64,000 nt of DNA, taken from NCBI GenBank assembly GCA_030141605.1, contig JAQGDQ010001069.1, positions 1 through 64,000 of the forward strand, given 5' to 3'. Positions within the stretch are counted from its first letter, which is position 1. Each line of letters starts with the position of its first letter. This DNA is from Tubiluchus corallicola. Lineage: Eukaryota; Animalia; Priapulida. Shown in pieces: positions 1-21,538 of this stretch. Below the pieces are notes generated by a model, which was given only the letters and a program-made list of their open reading frames with translations, made no database searches and was not told the origin of the DNA. The position numbers were made by a program, and so were the translations under genes.

Positions 1-569
1 CCATAATGTAAAGCACAATGCTTAACGTAATCTTAACGAGATCATATATGATCTCAAATTACCTTTCTCTTCGCATATTTCCCTATTCAAATTGACATTT
101 TGATTTCATACACGGTTCTTGTCTGTGTCAGCAGTTCATGTTTACTGGTAATGCAGAAATCTAATTTTGTGGGAAGTGGAAAGAAAAATATTTAATATTT
201 TCGTTAGAAAGGATGTTGTAGTAAATTAACAGTAAAGCTTTACCTTGTTATATGCATGTGTTTAACCTGCTGTTCTCGTTTTCGGATTCTTTCCCGCTGG
301 GCATTTTTGTTTTTTCACCCACTGACGACTCTCAGGCCTTCGCCTTACACATATTATCTTATTTGTTTATTATTTAGTTTAGACTGTATTTGTTAGTACA
401 CAAAAAATTGAAACAATACATGCATGAACAGCTGAAATGTCGTATAACTGTACTAAATAATTGGCTAACAGGTCTATAAAAAGAACCTATATAAAAGCCT
501 CTCATGTGAAGACAGAAAATTTATTTATTATTTAAATTTTTTGATAAATATTAAAATTACAATATCATG

Positions 570-672
570 GACCGCGAGGCGTTGTCAAATGTGCACAAAT
601 GCGTTGTCTGGTTCACTTAGTCTTTGAACTTTTGGCGATCATCATCAATCGCTGGAACTGTGAAAATGCTTA
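570..672 (+). repeat. Interspersed repeat fragment (DNA-transposon-like), homologous to ~34385-34485
   Basis: gcgaggcgttgtcaaatgtgcacaaatgcgttgtctggttcacttagtctttgaac...tcatcaatcgctggaactgtgaaaat closely matches gcgaggtattgttaagtgtacactaacgcattgtctggttcacttaacctttgacc...tcatcaatcactggaactgtgaaaat near 34392-34483. Confidence 0.75.
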
Positions 673-1699
673 TTACACCAACTTAGGCCCACTCGTTGTT
701 TTTTTAATTTACCTAGCAAAAGGTTATGCACCACCAGTACAAACAACAACGGTAACGATGCACCGGCGATTCAGCAACCACTGTGGAACAGTTTGAATAT
801 ACCTCATCTCCTCCCTGCTTACTAGTAGGCGCACCAAACCGTAATCAGTATTCTGCCAATCAGTCACAGTTTTTCTCAACAAATAGAATTATTCGTCCGC
901 TACATTAACTTTATCAAATCTGTCGTAGATCTTGAATGAATAAGCATAAACGTAAAACAGAAATATCGTCATATGCATGAGCGACTTTGAAAACGAGATG
1001 CGGCGGATATTTCTTGCGTATACTGCTGCTGATTCGACCCAACAGTTTTGAATAAAGCGTAAAATACCAGATAAGACAGGGGAGTCGAATGATTTCTACC
1101 GTAATAATTTAACGTGAATTGCACATTCAATTCGGAAACATGTCGTTGGGGCAAATATACATCGTCAGCGTGCGGAGAAATGTAACTAGAAGAGCACTTT
1201 TGTGCGTGTCCCGAAAATGCACTTCATAGATCATTCACTGTACGCGCTTAATTATAGCAACATTGCAAATTCATTCGGTGGAGAATTATTTAAAATCGGA
1301 AATTTCATTTATGATTGTATACAGAGGACTTTGAACTAAATATTGTAGGTTTTCGTTAGATGTCATATGATTGCATCATTTGTGATTATCATGTAAATAA
1401 AAAATTTTATACAAGTAGGTACAAATTTTTGCTAAAAGCTTTCCAAACAATGCAGTTCTTTTGAAAACACTAATTTTAAAATTCGGGTGTCCTTATAAAT
1501 ACTTTCTGCAGTTATGTTGGGCCTGATGTTTGGTATAATCCGAAAATCTTTACCCGAGCTCTGCCCGCTGATAAAACCATCAGGTATATGTAAATTTTCA
1601 TGCAAAAATGTAATATGTATTATAGTGATTATCTAAATTTTCGGCAAAAAATATTTTCAGAAATAAAATATCCGTTTATCTACGTATATGTTGTTTCAG

Positions 1700-1864
1700 T
1701 TGTCCATGGCTGACATAGCAAGCTACCATATCTTGTCATCAGTGCTTAGTCGATTCCCAGGATTGCTGGACAATTTCGAGAAACTGAAAGCTTATGTTGA
1801 TCGTATTGGAGAAGAAGAAAATATTAAAAATTGGGTTGAAAGCAGACCTGATACAGAATTTTAG
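1700..1864 (+). CDS. Sigma-class glutathione S-transferase A, last coding exon (upstream exons not seen in window)
   Basis: Acceptor ttgtttcag at 1691-1699, then a phase-0 frame LSMADIASYHILSSVLSRFPGLLDNFEKLKAYVDRIGEEENIKNWVESRPDTEF-TAG. It has the GST N-cap motif (S/T-x-A-D) and the sigma-type ending KxWxExRPxTxF. Same exon boundary as the last exons of GST-B and GST-C. AATAAA at 2168. Confidence 0.92.
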   Translation: MSMADIASYHILSSVLSRFPGLLDNFEKLKAYVDRIGEEENIKNWVESRPDTEF

Positions 1865-2385
1865 AGAAATTCACAGAAGGAGTTGCATAAATGCAGTCAA
1901 TTTTATACACGTGTCTCTCTGGCTAAAACTTTTATGCCACGGGGCTTCTGTCATTACTATAATAGCATATATTATATGTGTAAGCTTATGTAATAATTTT
2001 GAACACTAGATTACAAAACGTGATGTCGCCTCATTTCCATTTTACCAAACTTTCGGCTTTTTAGATATCAAAAATGCTCTATATAAAAATTATAAGCAAA
2101 TTTGTAGGAATTTAAACAGTAGTTGTAATTTTACTGCAATCGGAGATTTGGAACACAAAAATGTGTGAATAAATAAGAACAAAATAATAATAAAAATCAT
2201 CCATGCAACATTTGAGTTTGTTTTCATTTTATTTTAGTAATGAAGTGCGCTGCCTTCGAATTAACAGCTGGGTCAAACAGGAAGAATTTGTTCTACTACT
2301 AGCGATAAACATATAACAGTGAAATGTATAAAAACTATATTTTCCTCTAGCATAATTTTGTCTAATCATCGACCTATACAGTCAT

Positions 2386-6082
<3,697 letters not shown>

Positions 6083-6165
6083 TCAAAAGTAAGTACGCTA
6101 ATGATGTCCAAACGTATTATACATTGAACTTGGTTTTATGTGTCTCTATTGAAAATACACTTTAG

Positions 6166-6964
6166 CATGGGGGTATCTAGGGAAAATGGTGCCTATGGAA
6201 AGCACTGAAATTGCGCTCCTGTCCAAACATTTGACATCAACTTCTTTATTTTTATTTATTTTATTCAAATATGGCCTACCTAGACAGTATTGTAGTAAGA
6301 TATAGAATGAACCAATCAAAAGAAGAAGAATTCAGAGGACTTTGTGAAATGCGAAAGCAAAACCTAGGAATTAATTTGTGAAGCAACTGTTTGATAAGGA
6401 TGAGATTATTAAGTAAAATAATTGCATCCAAACATACTTCATTGAATAAATATTCACATATTATTTAACATATATTTAGGCTAAATATAAGACTTTTGTT
6501 CGAGTATATATCTAAGGCTATGTATTATATATATAGTCATAAGTATTTCGGTGATGTAGAAAGACTTACCAGAACGTAAATTAAAGTAAAATCTAAGAAT
6601 TAAATATAATTTAATATAAAGAAATAACACTTTTAAATAAGACCACTAAATTTCATAGATTTTGCACAAAATTCTAAAGTACCTCACTAGTTTTTGCGGG
6701 AGAATGATCTTACTGCCAGTTGCTACTGAGCATGAGCACTGAGCAGTGATAGTGGGAGATATATGGTCATGTTGCAGCCCCAAGCTTTATATTTTTACAT
6801 AGTAATTTACACAATTTCTCTAACAATCTGGCCACCCTAGTGGTTCTCACACACATAAATAGACAGATAAATAGACAGATTTGAACAAAGTTCTTTTTTT
6901 TCAGAAAATGCTCAGTAGCGTCACCTTCAAGTGGTATAACTACAATACCCTAGATAGGCCACTG
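6166..6964. mobile_element. Possible hAT-type MITE (imperfect terminal inverted repeats) upstream of the GST-B start codon
   Basis: Left end catgggggtatctaggg; right end reverse-complements to cagtggcctatctaggg. No clean 8-bp target duplication. Confidence 0.4.
6714..6795 (-). promoter_or_regulatory. Putative GST-B TATA box and non-coding first exon
   Basis: Minus strand has AATATAAAG near 6785-6793, then a donor-like ca|GTAAGA at 6713-6708. Acceptor ttctcttacag (AG at 6067-6066) lies 13 nt before the ATG, so a 5' UTR exon is expected upstream. Confidence 0.4.
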
Positions 6965-7791
6965 TTTTTTTAGACATAGTTTAATCGCTTTTATAACAAG
7001 ATTAATTAGTAACTACTCTGTAAGCAATTGTAATTATTCTAAGTGCTAATAATTTTGTCATTGTAAAGAGGTGAATGAATTAGATAGCGCAAAATTTTTG
7101 AAACTGCAAAGTGATTTTTATAGTTTCGCTAAAACTGTATTTTCCATTCTGGTGGCAACAGTATATTCATGCGATGCACTGAAGCCTATAGCAGAGTAGA
7201 CTGCAGACTGCAGGTACAAGTTAGAAAAAAGATTCCTAGCCGAAAGAGTACTGAAAACGACCCAGCTTCAATATTTAAGACAGAATTAGAATTAAGTTTA
7301 TTAGCATACATAACAAGTACTATAAAACAAAGTTATTTCCATGATGATCAGTCATATAGATGATGATTTGGGGTCTAAATTAGTTTAAATAAACATAAAA
7401 TTCAGCGGATAGGAGATGGTATCTTTGGTTGTAGATTTTGTTCTTATACTTCGACAGTAAAAAATTGTGGCGATGCATATTTGACGTTTCATGGTGTCTG
7501 CATGGATGGTGCCTTTAAACCAGCACCCTTTATCTGGGTGCCGACAACCTCGGTAACCGCAAGTTTAGTTAATGTAACTTCAACAAGATTGTACTGAGGG
7601 TTCTACTGGCTAATGACTAGGTGCCATTTTTCGATTACTCGCTCGTTGAGTAACTCTGTGGAGTGATCTATTTCGCCGTGATGCCGATCTCGTTCTCACA
7701 AGTTTTTGGCCAGTTTCTGTGATGTCACAATAGATTTACTCCATATTTTAAATATATACGGAAAAAACGGGTTCTCATAATAGCGATAAAT

Positions 7792-7797
7792 ATAATA

Positions 7798-7838
<41 letters not shown>

Positions 7839-9130
7839 TTCTTTATTGCTGTTAAAATTACACATCGATGAACTGTAAAATACATTCAAAAATTGATAGT
7901 GTAATCAGCGTTTCCACTGCTGTGAGCAATAGTGTTAAAAAGGAATTTACAATTAAAAACACAAGTGATACTATAATTAATTACACTAAAACTTAAGATA
8001 CATTTAAGACTTTAAAACTTTACAATATGTACAAATTTAAATACAAATTAGGTGCTTTATGGATGTTTTGTGTTAGTGATTTTAGTGTTTTGTGTGTGGT
8101 GGGTTTTAATTTGTTAATGCTGTTAATCCAAGACAAGTTTTGGTATGCCACTAAGTACAGACTACTGGGTCAACGTTGATAATACGTGTTGTTTGTTGTT
8201 TTCATATTAGTTATTTTTTGAAAGCTACTATAGTATTTTTCAGTTCATTTTTGAATTTTTTTAGAGTCACTGCAGATTTTACATTAAATGGACAAGCATT
8301 CCATGATTTATTGCCGTTTTGCAGACTGAATTGTGTCCATATTTATTATTTGTATTTATTTGTTTTTATGCTGTGTGTTCTTTGGTTTAGCGTTTTTCGA
8401 TAATAAACGGAAGCTGATTAGCACTAAAAGTTGGCATCAAATCGTTTAAATATTTATAAAGAAAAATTAGTGAATGGAGTTGGAAACTGGATTCTACAGT
8501 GGGTATTTTTAGTTTTTCCCTGTTCGCTATAGCTGAATATTTTGCTCTTGTTGTGAAACTAAGGACGTGTTTTAAAGCGTAATTTTGGGCCAATTCTAGC
8601 CTGTTTAAAAAGTTTTAGATATATTTGTGAGAAGGTGGCAGCCATACGTTAAGTGGGGCAGCCGTACGTCATGGTTTTATATATTAGTGGTTTTGTTTTT
8701 ACGTTGAGTTGTCCTTTAATTTGTTTTAAGAATGAAGTATTTTGGCTCATTTTTTGAATAATAGTTTTTATTTGGTTTTCCCGGTTAAGATTTTTGTCTA
8801 CATCCATGCCTAGAAATTTAGTATTAGTTGATAGAGAAATTGTTTTTTCAAAAATATTTAAAGTTATTTCATTTGTATCGAAAAGTATATTTGTAGTATC
8901 TCTTGGTGTTAGAAGTATGAAGATGGTTTTGCCTGTGTTCATCTCAAGTTGATAATAATTGAGAATGTATTTCATTTCTTCTACTTTTGCTTTGAGTTGG
9001 TCTACTGCACTAAAGGGATTTAATGCTACTGGTTGTGATGTTAGTATCATCGGCATATTGTACGATATGGCAGTTAATTATTATGTTTGAGGTATCGTTT
9101 ACGTATATGATAAATAGTAGTGGGCCTAAA
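7792..9130 (-). mobile_element. 5'-truncated, degraded LINE (L2/CR1 group) with (TAT)n tail
   Basis: Minus strand encodes LGPLLFIIYVND (~9130-9095) and the RT C-terminal segment KTIFILL...TKFLGMDVDKNLN...LIYKTMTYG (ORF 8649-9056), with frame breaks. It ends in AATAAA followed by a (TAT)n run at 7792-7834. Confidence 0.85.
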
Positions 9131-10013
9131 TAGCGTGCTAAATAACGCATTCATAAAAAAGATTCCGTGGCAACAATAAATAGCATTCTAAATGATCTAT
9201 CCAAGCAGTTGGGCAGAACAAATTCAATAACCGAGTATGCAAATGCTTCGCATTCCGGGCTAGTTATAATAGACAATGGTCGTCGTTTTACCTGAAGTTT
9301 TAGCTTACCATTTGTAACTGAACCAGATAAACTGTTACGTGAATGACAGCAATTGCGAGATGATCAATTTTCCTCTTGTGCCCAATGAGTTGACTTGATC
9401 CAAGACCGACGGTTTTTTCACGTTCATTACAAAGTTAGTACGACTGCTTAAAAGGCGACTTTACAAGACAAGCAATCGGCCAAGGTTGGCCAGCTCAGGA
9501 AAAGCTAAACGTTTTACATTGCTTGTTGATTGCGGTCACAGCGTATATTGAATCAAGTGTTCCCAATCTTTGGCCTTGGGTTTGCTTACCGTTCTCCTTG
9601 ATCTATGTAAACTGTAAAGGCATCGTGGTAGCTAATAATGGTACAGCTTAAAGTCAGAGTTAGGCTCATATGTAAGAAAGTAATTATCTGATAACGTTGT
9701 ATGGAAGCAACGCAAGTGCTACAGAGAGAGATTATTATTATTATTATAAGTCTTTTATTAAACAATGAATACATTGTTTCCCCTCTATTTGCAGGGGTTT
9801 GTTTACAAAATATAACTATTTGCGATAACAAGATTATACATAATGCCAATTAAAAATAAATTTAAAATATATACATAGTTTACACTATAATTTATATAAC
9901 GATTAACTCTGTACCTGTTTCTCTGTGAATATAATTTGAATTTCTTTATAACAATTTTTTCCGCACAACATTTCTAACAATATTTACATATGCCTGGGAC
10001 ACGTCTTTATCTT

Positions 10014-10247
<234 letters not shown>

Positions 10248-11384
10248 GACTAGCTAGTTTGAATACGTCTTTTGTGCAGCGCGCTTCAAACGGATACGAA
10301 AACAGATTTACAGAGATTACAAATCTATCAAGGCCACATACAAATACTCGCCCATATGGCAGCTATAGCACAGAAATTTCTTTCATACAGACATGCAGCA
10401 GAACACTGTTATAATATATGTATAAAAAAAATTAACTTACAGCTTAAGACTGTCCTGGAAGGTACAAGTACTGCGGTGGTAAAAGTAGTTAAGGTGATAG
10501 CTACAAAACCGTGACTATTCACACTGCTGAGCTGAGCTGAGCTGACCTACCTATCCGATGTACAATATTAATACCCTAGCTGGGTCACGTGATATTTACA
10601 GCAAATAATAGTGTACAAGAACTCTATTTGATTATAGAAATGCAATCTATCATGATTCAGCAATATTGGGAATTTTTGAAACTTTAAAATTATCCTCTTA
10701 AAATTTTATCGCATTTTTAAAATCTTTAAAATTATGTATCGAGCCTTGTACATGCAAGCAGACAGAATTATACTTTGGGGTTACAAAAAGTAAACTAAGA
10801 TTATTTTAAACAGGCCTTATGTGTACAAAACCGTGGAGATTGTGGCTAAAAAGCTATTACTTAGTTGACGCAGTTAACATTCTAGGAGATCTGAGTCATG
10901 ACCGACCGTACCGTTACGTTAAGCGAGTGGCTCTACTAAGTGTCTATATAATGGGTCAAGAGCTATAGGAAAATAGGAGGTCTGGGTTTGAATCTCAGGC
11001 GGATTTTTTCTAATTTATATGTCGCTTATAAATAGTCATGAAAGACATTAAGGATTTCCAAATTCATGCCCGTACGTAAAATGTTTCGTATGAAGACGAA
11101 GAAGTGAAATCTGCTACTATGAAATACCCGTGAGATTGCAAACTAGTAGAAAAAATAATTTAACCGGGAATACGCATTGATGAAATAAGCATTTCGCGTC
11201 TTTTACGTTTTCTTCAAAGAAATGATATGCTTTGTGATACCCTTTTTTTACAATTTGTGTTCACTGAAACGCGTTCAAATTGAGCACTGGATTAGGAATT
11301 ATATCCAATGTGATACCATGATTTGCTCCAGGCAAGTAAATATTAAACCAGGGAGAACTATCATAATAAATAATAATAACAACA

Positions 11385-11506
11385 ACATAAATGCCAGGCA
11401 GAGCATCAGCTGTTACCATTTTTAAAGTCTTTGGTAGCATGACCTGGCCGTATTATCGAACTAACACCTCCAGACGGAAAGGGGACGCGCTACTACTTGA
11501 CTAAAT
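11385..11506 (-). mobile_element. tRNA-derived SINE relic
   Basis: Minus strand: A-box-like TAGTCAAGTAGTAGCG, B-box-like AGTTCGATAATAC, then ggtcatgctaccaaagactttaaaaatggta, which resembles a conserved metazoan SINE central domain as I recall it. Confidence 0.55.
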
Positions 11507-12124
11507 CGTAATCTCGTTTAATTTGGCTTTCCTGCAGGCCTAAGGCACCATGTTTAGTGGTTCAGTTCTAGAAAACTTTGCATCTAGACTACGCCTGTTA
11601 AATTTAAATATATCGTGGGGCCTTAACTCAACCTAATTAAAAATTGTATCTTTCAGTCCATATAATAATTGTTTTACATCACGAACACTTTCTTGTCATG
11701 GAGATGAACGATCAATCCTGGCAGCTAAGTTTTAAAGTAAAAACATGACGTAATGCACGCTTACTACCTGTAACGATGTTATTTGAAAATTTTGCTGACT
11801 CATTTCTCTTTTATAAAAATCAATTTTGTTAGTTGCTATGGAAATATTCTTCAACGTCTCCAGGAAAAGTAACTAGTAAAATAATCAAAAAAGTCTGAAG
11901 ATACTTTTAATTCTAATTCCACGAACACCAATGGTGAAATGGTAAATTAGTAATGGTGAAAAGCTATAATAAGTGCGAGTAAATGTACAGATTTGCATTA
12001 GTAGTTGGTTGATTTAAAATGGAACCGCCAGAACAACAATAAATAGAAAGCTTGAGTGATTTCCCCTGGTCACGTGTCATTTCAGGTGAAAATTATAGCT
12101 GTAGTTGCTGCTCGCAGGAAGATA

Positions 12125-12189
12125 ATCAGTAGTAAATTTGTTGGCGAGGAGAGACAGTACAGTTGGTGGAAACCCCAGACCAGGTGAGT
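12125..12189 (+). promoter_or_regulatory. Putative non-coding first exon of GST-C with strong donor
   Basis: Consensus donor CAG|GTGAGT at 12181-12189. Acceptor agttgcag ends at 12988, 3 nt before the ATG at 12992. E-box CACGTG at 12071. The transcription start is approximate. Confidence 0.5.
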
Positions 12190-12509
12190 TAAATTGAGTG
12201 GCATGTCTGCAATTTGTTCCATTATATGGGAGAAATTTTTAAATAAAATGTTTAAATTCAATTCAAATCCCTTCATTTTAATACTACTAGAACATTTTTA
12301 GAGCAGTATAAATAGAATTTTCCATTTAATAATCAGCTGAATTTTAATGATTAAATAGCAGTTAGTTTTTCAGTAGATAGTCGAGTTTCTTAACTAAATG
12401 AAAACTGAATGTCTGAAATTTTTATTTTTATTATTTCGTGGAAGTTATTAATTATAAAAACTTGATGAAGAATATCAAAAAAATGGTAATCCTTGCTAAT
12501 GACGTAACA

Positions 12510-12765
12510 AGGGACGACAACTACGATGCCGATAAAGATGTTGCTGCTGCTGCTACTGCTGCTGCTGCTGATGATGATGATAATAAAGATGATGACGAGG
12601 ACGTTGATGATGATGGTGATGATAATGATGATGATGATGATGGTGACGACGACGACGACGACGACGACGATGATGGTGATGATGATGATGATGATGACGA
12701 GGACGACGATGATAATGATGATGATAAAGATGATGACGAGGACGATGATGATGATAAGGATGAAG
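12510..12765. repeat. Degenerate (GAT)n/(GAC)n/(GCT)n trinucleotide microsatellite
   Basis: Directly visible; lies in the predicted 5' UTR intron of GST-C and produces the poly-D and poly-M ORFs. Confidence 0.93.
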
Positions 12766-12991
12766 TCGGTTTTTAAATGATTGATATTGTTATCAGCTTT
12801 AATTCTATTTTTCCATAAAGGTAAAACAATAAGAGCTACGTAATCTTAGCAGTTTTTGAAGCGCTAGCGTTACCATTCCTGTGATAATAATCTTGTTCAA
12901 ATATTGTTAATTGTTATGATATATGTAAAATGTGTTGCGTCGAGATAAAAATAAACTTGAACTTGAACTTGAATAGAAATAGTTGCAGACA

Positions 12992-18239
<5,248 letters not shown>

Positions 18240-20059
18240 ATTCTGGGTGTACTTGTATTACAGAAGGCCTAAAACAAGTAGTTGATTACATTACAACAAA
18301 CTATGTACAAGAATACATTAAAGTGTTTGACTTAATTTGGTTAAGATGGCTTTTATTAATAGTTAAATAGTTGTACATTTAAAGGCTTATTAGAGCTAGA
18401 AGTAATTAAAAGGCATAAATGTGTTTTATTATTTACAATTGCATGTGTTTGTACGTCATTGTTTCATCATGAAGTTTGTTTTGTCGGTAAGGCTAAATTG
18501 GTGACAACCAAATTCGGCAGTCATTGTATTATCTAACCTTAATTACAAACCCTATAATGCACACGCAATTCTAATTGACTGAGTGACTAGCTACGTCCCT
18601 GATCTACCAGAACCTATCTTGGCGTCCTACTTCCTGTTGATGCACGTTAAAAAATAGCGAGTCACACTCGCGACACTCTGGCAATCATGCATGACAGTCC
18701 AATGTTCATCTCTTATTTATTAATTACTCATTGTAATTTTATACTTAAGTATAATGAGAATTAAAGTTAATTTTAAGCTAATTAGTTAGAACCAGAGCAT
18801 CATCTAACATTGGAAATGCTGAACTGGTTGACCAGCTATAACTGATTAAATTTTGACTAACATGATCGCTTCGGAACTAAGATAATCTGGTGGCCATATT
18901 GTTGCCCTGTAAGCAGAAGGTTCCTGGTTTAAGACCAGTTTATGATCCAACTTTTACACCCCCCTTTTCTGCTTTACGACTTTAGTTTCAAATTTAATCA
19001 TTCTGTGTTTGTACTTTCTACCATCGTTCATAATAATCTTGCTGTTAAGATTATTTAATAATTATTATTTAGATAACCTTAGATTTTTTTAGATTTTCAG
19101 TCATATTTTGCATATACATTTGTAATTGTTCAGTTCAGATAACTGCTTTTAATCCATCCGTATCAGTAACTATTAAATTGTTGTGCAAAGATATGGGTCT
19201 TACAAATTGCATGTAGTTAGTTATTATGATTATAATCAACATTAAATTTATTCGTTTTTTCATTATTTGGGTACAAAGCTAACCATATAAAAACAACAGA
19301 AGTCATAAGCGAAATTTATACACTATTCTTACAAAGGACAACTAAAACAAAAATACTAAGTGGTTATGTTATTGGCCCCATATACTTGCTATAACATAGT
19401 TATAAAAACATTATAAGTCTATAAATTGACATAAAAGAAAGCAGTGACGACTGGCTTAGCAAACTCGCAACTTTAATACTGCTACTCGTATTGTTTGATG
19501 TCATGGCAACAGTATTAACAACAGACATGTGCGACCTTTGCATTTGTAAAATCCTAGAGTTACTAGTGTAGCTTTGTGCGCGAAACAAATTATTACGCGT
19601 GCAGTGTATTATATAATTATATAGGCTTCTCTGACAGCTTTCACATACTGGTTCAGGCTGCGGCGCTGTGACGCGCGCGGCTGTAATGTTGGAATGTTGG
19701 AGCTCATAGGGCTAATTTCTCAGTGAGGACTCAAGGAAAATGACGCATGAATTGCTGTCAGAAAATCAAACACTTTGCAGAAAGTTTTCGATTTTTTGTC
19801 GATATCTCATACAGCAAGGAAGTTGGTCAAACAGCAACATACATATTATGACTAATGCTGTTATCAACTCCTCAGAAATTATAGTGATGACATGACAATA
19901 ATCATGTCGCATACATAAAAACCAAAATGATAGTACATATCAGGTAGCTGAACGTCAATGATAACTACTAACTGTTATACACGAAACTAATTGGTTTTTG
20001 AATGCAAAATGTTGCTTGCACAGAGAGCAAACTAATTACTTGTTCACCAAAATTTGTAT

Positions 20060-20370
20060 TTAACAAGAGTTTTCTTCCTGGATTTTTGGAAAGCAATGTC
20101 CTTTATGATATCCTCGAAAGACATTTGTCGAACCAAGTTAGATTCACAGTCCTGTCAGTACTAAATGCACAGTATTAACGAAGAGTCTAACCTATCCTGG
20201 ACATACGTGATAGCTGCTCTATACGAGTTCTTAATCCTTTTTAGCTGAGACAAAGAACGTTCGGCAGAACAATAACTGGCGAGCATCATTGACAAGAGCA
20301 TTCGCAGTGAAATTGCAATGTTTGTAAACACTGCCTCAGTACATTTGATACAGGTGCTGTGATACAATTT
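20060..20370 (-). mobile_element. hAT transposase C-terminal dimerisation domain relic
   Basis: FTNIAISLRMLLSM...CSAERSLSQLKRIKNSYRAAI..QDRLDSSLILCI matches the hAT dimerisation motif (SAERSFSxLKxIKxxLR...QxRL). After a stop it continues as ESNLVRQMSFEDIIKDIAFQKSRKK. Confidence 0.85.
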
Positions 20371-20394
20371 TCATCATACAATTGATGTTACAGT

Positions 20395-20750
20395 TAGGGC
20401 CGGGTTATGGTTTTTTGGGGCACCTAGGCTAATAATTATATGGGGCCCTCTTTTACAAATAGTATAAGTGTCCTTCAACCATCATGAATATTTCTTACTC
20501 GCAATAGGTTTTTGCAACATTATTTCACACAGCTTGAAGCAAACTTTTTGCAAATTCTTTAATTAAATTAGAATAGCTATCTTTTGTTTGCCAATAAAAA
20601 TATTTTTTAAAAAATACCTCTATTTTACTATTTATTGCAAACCGAATTAGCACATATTCAGCACATACGTAGTGCAAAAATAGATTTTTAACCAAATGTT
20701 ACTCAAGTTTGAGGCCCTCCAAGCCTATACTATAGGATAATCGGGACCTA
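20395..20750. mobile_element. hAT-type MITE, inverted copy of the element at 39443-39824
   Basis: Ends tagggccgggttat and ataatcgggaccta are imperfect inverted repeats. The interior (caaacaaaaga.agctattcta.ttta.ttaaagaattt; gagggcc..caaac) matches 39500-39690 in reverse complement. Confidence 0.8.
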
Positions 20751-21029
20751 GCTACAGTAATGCCAACTTGCAGTGGCGGCAACAGGTGAAAATATGGAGA
20801 TAAAAGATGAAGACCCTACTATGTGCTATGTGATGATATGAAAAACAATCCACTCACGGTCAGTCAAGGATTGTTTCTTCCAATTGTTTCTACTCTAATT
20901 CCGAGCAGTAGAATTGATACTGTACATTGGTCAATGGTCAAATCAAAAAGAGAGACGTCGAGGCTTTGAGAGAGCACAAATCATTTTTCCGCACGATTTT
21001 ACCATCGGTGGCGACACTTTCTACTTCGT

Positions 21030-21105
21030 TTATATTATGGCGGCTTACGTTATCACATGTGTGGGAGTCAGTAGCCAGTGAGTTTTCTGAATTTCAGTGT
21101 AAGTG
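21030..21105 (+). promoter_or_regulatory. Putative POLL promoter / 5' UTR exon
   Basis: Locally CpG-richer segment with YY1-like ATGGCGGC at 21037 and donor candidates GTGAGT (21078) and GTAAGT (21099). Acceptor ttttgtag ends at 21520, upstream of the ATG at 21539. Confidence 0.4.
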
Positions 21106-21538
21106 AAGATCAACCTGTCATATCAATCGTTATTATGAAACATGCATCTTTATGTTATGCATAATAACTTTATGTCTACAATCAAAACCAAGTTTCTGTC
21201 AAAATTAAATGAGCGCGTCACTCGTTGATCTTACTCTGATACTGGTACTGATATTACATAGTCATGTTTGTAACTGCGTCGTTAAAGGTCGAACTGTCTT
21301 TTGTAAAAGAAATTCTATTAATATCATAAGCTTTGTTTTTTTATTTTGTAAAAGTTTTGCGGAGTTAGGTATTTACAGTTTGAACGGCGAACGTTTGGCA
21401 TATAACTCTGTTTTGTTTGTTTGTAGGTTTACATAAGCTGCATTAAATGTTAAATGCTGTAAGGAGTGATATCAGGGTGTGATTCAGGTCTTATGAGTTT
21501 CTAGTGTGACAGTTTTGTAGTTAGAGGAAATGAGGTAA

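Noticed and set aside
900-1290. CpG-richer segment with short ORF 969-1154 as a possible GST-A exon or separate gene
   Set aside because: No GST similarity in the frames I read and no convincing splice sites; probably transposon-derived intronic DNA.
12438-12780. Asp-rich ORF resembling an acidic biomineralisation protein
   Set aside because: It is a (GAT/GAC)n microsatellite with a GTG start, no signal peptide and no supporting splice sites, inside the predicted GST-C 5' UTR intron.
18885-18960. Additional tRNA-like segments (also ~10920-11000, ~24290-24350, ~45530-45595, ~63780-63835)
   Set aside because: Only degenerate A/B-box similarity; probably old SINE heads, too decayed to call.
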